The notes under the pieces were generated by a model that worked only from the letters and a program-made list of their open reading frames with translations, was not told where the DNA came from and did not search any database. DNA of 63,985 nucleotides, filler included, from Stramenopiles sp. TOSAG23-6 (lineage: Eukaryota), in the NCBI GenBank assembly GCA_900128565.1. It is 5 parts of 5 records of this genome, joined end to end, with 100 filler letters (N's around TTAATTAATTAA, not from the genome) between each part and the next. Parts side by side here need not be neighbours in the genome. Positions count along the whole stretch, not along the records: positions 51,848 to 63,985 come from LT636214.1; 4 more parts are not named here. The stretch is one strand, 5' to 3'. A program made the translations under genes and the position numbers. This document shows, piece by piece, positions 56,892-63,985 of the stretch; the stretch's first letter is position 1; the number at the start of each line of letters is the position of its first letter.

Positions 56892-57778
56892 TCATAAGAA
56901 AATGTACCACACGATGAAGCATACACTCAATACAACACATATGATGGCAAAATTCTCTCTAAAAAGTTGCCACCACATCGATGAACGCAAATTTTTTGTT
57001 TGAACATTTATAATAAAAAAATATTCGTTTAGTAAAAACAATTGTTAGGTACAAAATTTCGTATGAAAAAAAACATGTAGGTAAAAAATCATGATGAAAA
57101 CGTACACTAAAACCTTTCGAAGACGTGTTTAAAAACTCACTTTTTCTACAGAGTTGGTCTAGATCATGTATTTTGGAAAAATATTTCAAAAAAAAACGTT
57201 AGGTACAAAATTTCGTACGAAAAAAAACATCGAATTTGAAAAAAAATAAAACATACATCACCCCGTCCAAGTGCTTTGTCAATATTCTTTACAACACTTT
57301 CCTTCACTTTGAATAGAGTTCCTTTCACTTGTCCGACTCTGTCAACACTGGTATTAGCACTGTAAAATGCTAATATTTTTTTCATGAATGGCCCAAACTC
57401 TGCGGTCATCCCGTATTCAGATAGGTCCGTCAAAGATAGATCACCAAATTGTGACTTGAACTCAGCTTGTAACTTTTCCAATAACTTATAGCTCACTGAA
57501 CTATTTACAGACGAATGCGTGAGACAAACGTACGCAAGAGAATCTCTCACTAAAACATGGAAAACATACTCACCCGTTGGTGGGCATGAATATGATTTAC
57601 GAGCATTTCTATTACTGTCAACCTTCTTTAAAAGCTTCTTGCTAGATTTTTCAAGCTCCCGAGATGCCTCGTCGATTAAGTATTCAGCTAAAACAATTTG
57701 TCCCGACGCAACACAACAGTAAGCGAAGCGCCCAGAGGAAGAACCAACACTTCTTGGGTTCTCTTCGTCAGATTTCAT
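56892..57778 (-). CDS. VAMP7: VAMP7-like longin R-SNARE; exons 57778-57257, 57165-57106, 57005-56892
   Basis: Longin domain; NIDKALGRGD|DLDQL..KSE.L...S.GF; MWW plus C-terminal TM after splicing. Confidence 0.85.
57006..57105 (-). mobile_element. Introner-family intron (GT...AT), diverged 3' TIR
   Basis: agt|GTACGT...TATAAAT|gtt restores FSVQTKNLRSSMWW and TM. Confidence 0.8.
57166..57256 (-). mobile_element. Introner-family intron (GT...AT)
   Basis: Restores SNARE heptad RGDDLDQL. Confidence 0.9.
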
Positions 57779-58140
57779 TTTTATGAATGTTGTTCAATTT
57801 TTGAAACAAAATATAATATATCGTATATTTTTCAAAAATATATACGTTCTAATCTTATAAATCGATCGACGTATCAAAAAGAGTGGCTAAGGTGCAATAG
57901 AATGTCAAATTGAAATTGACAAAAAACGAAACAAAAACTTTGCACACAAATATAAATTTTTGAGTAAAACCCAGAGGAGGAGCGGAAATTTAAAAAGTAT
58001 GATACCCGGTACTGGTACGAGTCGCCGGAAAAACTCCGATAAGGATGCCTATACGTAGCATATCATAGCCACAGTGTGTATACCCTACTAATTCCGTTAT
58101 TGACACAACTCTTCCACTCTTTCTTTGGTGTTGAAATCAA

Positions 58141-59277
58141 ATGGTATCATTTGCTTCTAAGCATGTTCAGATCAATAATAATGATTCACAAATAGCACAA
58201 GCACTGAAAGATGCACTTTTGCGAAACTCGAGCCCATTACAATCTACTTCTTTTCAAGTGCCTTTCGGGTGGCCAGAAAAACCAAAAGCACCAGTAATGG
58301 GCAACTGGTTGGAAAAACTCAAAAGCAAAAATACCCCCCTTTTATCATCATGGAACAATCGTTTTTTCATTATACGCAAAGATTCATTGAGACTGGAGTA
58401 TCATCGAAGTTTTGATGGAGTTACTCGATATCTTCCTCAAGAAATCAAAAGAAGGAACCCTGCTGGAACTTTAGATCTGACGTCTGTCACAGACCTTCGA
58501 CGAATTGGTACAAGAACCTTCCATATTGCTTCCAAAGATAAAAGTTTTTTGCTTCGATGCAAAGACTCTAGAATATGTAGTGATTGGTTTAATAAATTGT
58601 CCACTTTTTTTAGATTGTTTGAGCAATATAGGCAAAATAAACGGCTAGTCCATCAGCTTCGACGAAAACAAAGAATGTATTGCATTGATAATATCAACAT
58701 TAATGACGAAACAAAAGAAGCAAAGTGTTCGAAAGCATTTCTAAAGTGTAATATCAATGGCAAAAGTACCGTAAAAAGTAAAAATCAGAGGAAAAAGCGA
58801 CCACGGCATCGTCAATGTCATAGGAGAAAAGGATTCACCAAGAACTTTATACCTCGTGAGATGAACAACGAAAAAAATGGTACGAATCCGTTAATACGTG
58901 AAGTATTAATTCATCATGAAGATATTTTAGATAATTATCTTTTCCCACACAATACAAATGATGAATCAAGAGGGAATTATTCATGTAGTAGTGACGAAAG
59001 TATTGTAATGCATACAAAGAATATGCGATCTATCAATGAAGACAGGAGATACACATTTAAACCTATTTCGAACAAACAAAATAATAGACTAGAATCAAAT
59101 TCTCCGCAATGTAGTAATAATGGTAGACGTCTTACAAGGTGGGAAAAACAAAGAGAAAAGAGTGAAAGGAGTATAGTAAAATCAACAGGAAGATGTACTC
59201 CTATCACTCGTCGACAGAACTCACCACTCCCCCGTAGACTGCGTTTGCTCAAGAAAGCCTGGACTAGTAAAATCTAA
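58141..59277 (+). CDS. PH-domain protein
   Basis: MGNWLEK......SWNNRFF...P.GTLDL...F.I....F.LRC......W. Confidence 0.8.
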   Translation: MVSFASKHVQINNNDSQIAQALKDALLRNSSPLQSTSFQVPFGWPEKPKAPVMGNWLEKLKSKNTPLLSSWNNRFFIIRKDSLRLEYHRSFDGVTRYLPQEIKRRNPAGTLDLTSVTDLRRIGTRTFHIASKDKSFLLRCKDSRICSDWFNKLSTFFRLFEQYRQNKRLVHQLRRKQRMYCIDNININDETKEAKCSKAFLKCNINGKSTVKSKNQRKKRPRHRQCHRRKGFTKNFIPREMNNEKNGTNPLIREVLIHHEDILDNYLFPHNTNDESRGNYSCSSDESIVMHTKNMRSINEDRRYTFKPISNKQNNRLESNSPQCSNNGRRLTRWEKQREKSERSIVKSTGRCTPITRRQNSPLPRRLRLLKKAWTSKI

Positions 59278-59378
59278 AAACATAGTAATTTCATTACTTT
59301 TGTAAAATCCTTATTATTTTATCTGTTATAAATAATGATATTATTAAATCATGTTTTCGAACTTCTACAACAATGATA

Positions 59379-62300
59379 TCAAGGCGATGCTTCCGGGCCT
59401 TTGACTTGCTTGTACACATGTCCACCTTTCTTTCTTAACATATTTATTTCTGTCTTTAGCACATCAATTTCTCTTGCCTGAAGACGTACCACCTGCACTA
59501 ATCGTTTTCGCTCTGCTATAGCTTGTGCAGATTCGACACCCGAAGAACTACTTCCACTCTCGCCACTAGTTGCTACTTCCATTCCAGAAAGTTTGGTGCT
59601 TAATTTTGCTATATTTTCAAGAATTTCTGTGTTTTTTTGCGTTAAACCTAACAATTCTTCTTGTTTTGATTTCACATTTCGTGATAATTTTCGCAATACT
59701 TGTGCATTTTCCACTGCTTGAAATTTCAAAGTTTGCTGCAAGTCCAAGACAGCCTGAGATGTGTACATATTATCTAATGAATCTAGATTTATTTTACGGC
59801 CAAACTTGAGCCTCTGTAAAGCGTCGCATTTTTCCTCTTGTGCTTTGATACTCCTCTCTTTCTTTCGATTATCTTTAATCAGCCGTCTTTGTCTTTTCTT
59901 TAAATCTTTGAAAACCTGTAATTGTCTCTTCTTCTCCTTTATATGGCTTACAATAGTATTACGAAGATCTCCAAGTTTTTGTTTCGAGAAAACGAGACAA
60001 TTATCTATATTATTAGGTAGTTTCAGCACACCATTATCGGCATCTGTTTCAGGTCTTTCAAGATTTTTTATTTGAGAAATTCTCATTGCAACAACAACTT
60101 GAAGTTGGTTAGCAACCTTCTGTTTCTCTGACATAAGCGTTGATATTTTCTTATCAGCAGCTTCTAACTCTTTATCCAATTGGGCTTCTCTGCCACTATG
60201 CTTTCTTACAGCTTTTTCTAAATCTGTGCAAGTTTTTTTACAAACAGAAATGAGCTCTTCGCTATCTAATCTTTTCTCGCGTAACTCTTTAACATTGTCA
60301 TAAAGCTCCTGCTTACATCCAACTGGGCAAACTTCTTCTTCATCATCTTCGCTTTCGCTTTCTTCTTCTTCGGATGATGAAGAGTACTCTTCCTCGCTGT
60401 TATCCTCGTCACCGTCATTTCTCTTTTTTGCGCGTTTTATCTTCCTCAAATATATCTTTTCGAGTGCAGTGTAGTGCGGGTTTGAGTCACCCCCGACAAG
60501 ATCTTGGAATTCTTTAAAAATTTCTTCTTTTTTCTTGCAGAGTATCACCATCTCAGCTGATTTGGTGGTATACAAATCATTGCTCTTGGTGTACTCTTCT
60601 CGGGCTGAAATCTTTTCAGTATTTATATTTTCAATGGTTTCTGCAATTGCATTATCTTTTTCTTGAAATAGACGTAGCATATCTAATTCTTGATATAAAA
60701 CGAGTAATTTTATCTCGGCAGACTTAGTTATTCGGTCTAACTGCAATTTCTCTAATCGCAAACTGTGTAGCCGAGTATCAAATTTCTTCTGTAATTCTTC
60801 ATTATTAGTGATGAGCTGAGATTTTTCATATTCTAAAATACAATTTCGTCTTTTAATTGTTTGTATTTCAGCCTGAGATTTTTCGCCATCAGTCAGGATA
60901 ACAAAAGCAGGGTCATCTTCAGGAAGAGATTTATGAATTGTCGAATGAAACGAGGCTAATTTTAGAGCTTCCTTCTCATATTCCTCATCCATATTGGACT
61001 GGGCGGTGACTTTATTATCCTTTGGTGCTTCCTTTCTTTCAGAGAGATTTTTTGTTTTCATTTCAAAGTCAAGGAGTTCATCCATAGTATATTTTTCACG
61101 TTCATCTGGCCATTCACCAGGGATTTTTATGGGATCTATTATTTCAACAACATTTCCAAGTTCTACATTAATTGCTCTGATTCGGGCATTTTGCCCAGTA
61201 ATGCGTTTAATAATTTGAAGTTTTAAATCCCTGAGTTTACTGAACTTATCATTGAATTCCATTTTGGAATGATACAGGCTGAGAGCTAACTTTTGAACTT
61301 CCCTTTGTTTTGATTTGTGATTGAGTTGTTTAGACTTTGGAACAACATAATCTTCAGACATTTTTAGTTTAAAGTCCCCGATGTTTTTGATTGCATCTTC
61401 AATAGCAGCTTTGTGTTTCGGGTCAACGTCATTTGCCGATGGCTTTTGAGACTCGAGTTTTGCAAGTCGTTTCTGCCTTTCTTTGCGCATTGCTTTTCTG
61501 TCCTCCTTTTCTTCGTCTTGACTTTGAGAATTTGAAACATTGTCATAGTTGAGATGTAAATTTTTCTCTTTGTTAAATTTCGAAATAGAATTTAATGATT
61601 CGGCATTTCTCGCATTAGTTGATAAAGAATGACTTGATAATAGTCTTTTACCACCATCATCTCTTTTACGCACTCGGAAAGATGATACACTTTCTTCTGA
61701 CTCGAATGCTTTCATTGGAATACACTCGAAGATGATGTCATCAAGAAACGCCGCTTTCAACTTTTTAAGTTGTATTTCACTTCGAGCACTCTCCCAAGCG
61801 AGCTCCTTTTCCACCTCTTCGCAAGCTACAACGCCAAGATTCTTGAAATATTGTGTCATTTCAGGGTCAACATCCATTTCGTCTTTACTCAACCGCATTG
61901 CAGGTTGTGATGTATCATTCTCTTCTTGGAGCTTCGCAAAATCCTCCTGAAGTTGTTTAATATTTTGACGGACTATATTTTTCTTTGCTTCGGCACGTCT
62001 TCGTTTATTGTCCTCTTCTGTTTTTAGTTTATCATCTTCAATTGTATAATGGGATTCCAAAACAATATCTTCTGGAGCTTCAATTTCAGAAATTGTTTTG
62101 TTTATTGCGGGGTCGTCCCCAGTAACCGATGATGTACATGTATTGTGAAATTGTATATTTTTCAATTTATTTTTGTTAGGTACGAAATTTCGTACAAAAA
62201 ATAAATAAATTAGAAATTAAAAAAAAATAAACGTACATGTGACAAAACTGGCATTAGCATTTTTTCCCTTACCAGAGCCTATAGACACAATCTCTTCACC

Positions 62301-63930
62301 TTGCAACTGTTGCACGAAAAACATCTCATCTTCACCAGTGCTTAAGAGAAAATTGTCGTCAAAGGACGTAGCAACACTAGTAACACTACCAAGACTTGCA
62401 TCATGCAACCTCGAGCAAATAAACTTTTTCGCGATGGATCCTGGGCCACTCGGACCAGAAGACGAACGAACATGAACAGTTCCATCAGCAGAACCTGATA
62501 ATAATAGCTTACGAGATGAAGAATACCGTAAGACACTTAGTGCACTATCATGTGATGGGTGAGATGCTTTGTGAATAGCCGTTTTGTTGACTAATTGGCA
62601 TTCCAAAAACATACCAGCATCAGGTCCTTGCATAGTAGCGATACAATTATTATTAGAACCCGAGCAGTATATGGATAAACCAGCTATTTCTGGGGTTTTA
62701 TTTGCGCGAATTTCATTGGCAGCTTCTTCTAATGCAGCTGTCTTTTCTTCATCAGTTCGTGTATCTGCACCACCTCCTGCCTCGGCAGCTTCTGCTGAGA
62801 GTTTTGCAGAGAGTTTGTCGAAATCAATATTATCAGGTCGCGAGTACTGCCATTTTCGAAGTCGTTTACATTCATCAGTAATGTCAAAAGTATCTACTTT
62901 AGAAGTATCTCTAGGTTGTGGTACAGGTAATTCTAGAACCGCAGAGTTTTTCAATGAAATAAGGATTCGAGTGTCATCCGCGCGAAATGAAAAGCTTAAA
63001 GGTTCTTCGTCTAGTTTTACAAATCCAATGGGTTCATATAATTGTCTTAAACCACCAAATCCACCTTGTTCGACCTCAAAAAACCATACAGTTTTTTCTT
63101 CTGCGGCTGCAGTAGCTAATACACCTCCTTTGTTTGAGAACTGGATCAATGTTACTGCAGTGCTATGTGGACGCATCGCGTGTGATAGTTTCCATTCACT
63201 TTTACCTCGCAAAAGCATTCGAACAACTCCATTTTCGAATCCCACAACAACAGTACGACCATTGGAATCGACAGTATTTGGTGCCCAATGGACTACTGTG
63301 CCATTCATTACTTTTTTTGAACTTTTTGTACTTTCTTCTTTTCCATTTTCTCCCTTTGTCAGTGATGTTTCCGTGGAGAAAAATGAAGCTTGGAATACGG
63401 GATGCTTATCTACATAGTCCCAACACTGAACTGCGCCATCCTTGCCACATGTAACTGCAAAATGATCCACAGGAGAAGCATCCATACAATTTATACCTTT
63501 ACCATGAAAGCGTTGCAGGCAAATTGATTTCACATCTTTTGCACTTCTTGGGATTTTATCATCAGGTACATTCAAACGCCAAAGTCCACCGCCACCATCT
63601 TGAATGATCCAATGACTTTTCCCACGTACCATTTGCTTCACAGAGACATTTTTACCAACGAGAATTTCATATGATGGACTTAGCTCAAATTGAGGCTCTT
63701 CATCAGTCGTTTCTGCATTAGATAGAGCTAGAAAATTCCACCAACGAATATAACCGTCCTCTCCGGCAGAAACAATCCACATATCATCTCCATCACCTTC
63801 AATATTTCCATCAATTGTGATAAAAGTAATCGCACCATTATGAGGTAAATTTCCTCCAGGGGTAAACACTTCTAATTTTATGAAATTTCCTTCCCATATT
63901 AGTAAAGACCCACGTTCAGTAGAAGATAGA
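59379..63930 (-). CDS. CFAP44: Cilia/flagella-associated protein 44 (WDR52), 5' partial; exons 63930-62237, 62137-59379
   Basis: GSLLIWEGNFIK, WD40 repeats, YTIEDDKLKTE, IGDFKLK.SEDYVVP, CPVGC...LY....LREKRLD, EI..LRKKGGH. Confidence 0.9.
62138..62236 (-). mobile_element. Introner-family intron (GT...AT)
   Basis: at|GTACGT...CACAATACAT|gt joins two long ORFs. Confidence 0.85.
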
Positions 63931-63985
63931 ATGTATTTTGGAAAAATATTTCAAAAAAAAAACTAAAATTTGTTAGGTACAAAAT
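63931..63985 (-). mobile_element. Introner-family intron, 3' part (...AT), cut by window end
   Basis: TTTTGTACCTAAC...CCAAAATACAT on minus strand. Confidence 0.85.

Noticed and set aside
62584-63417. Long antisense ORFs (also 55595-56134, 16851-17345)
   Set aside because: Shadows of genes on the opposite strand; no recognisable domains.

Overview
AT-rich, gene-dense eukaryotic DNA from a flagellated unicellular protist (CFAP44 is present; a stramenopile-like assignment is only a guess). It is five ~12.8 kb contigs joined by artificial 100-nt N/TTAATTAATTAA linkers and holds about 33 protein-coding genes. Main result: essentially every intron I could infer belongs to one ~83-109 nt repeat family (37 intronic sites, 31 complete, plus one antisense copy). 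Consensus: GTAYGT-(T-rich)-TTTCGTACGAAATTTYGTACCTAAC-(T-rich)-AAATATTTTT-CMMAATAC-NN. It behaves like a non-autonomous introner with GTAT/ATAC terminal inverted repeats and a 2-bp NT target duplication. Restoring conserved reading frames requires removing GT...ATAC+NN, so the inferred 3' splice dinucleotide is usually not AG: AT 26, TT 4, AC 2, GT 1, AG 3 among 36 visible ends (hand count). This suggests mass intron gain handled by AG-independent splicing. A second signal is 13 short interstitial (TTAGGG)2-3 tracts in intergenic, intronic and coding DNA. All splice junctions are inferred from protein-frame logic without transcript data.
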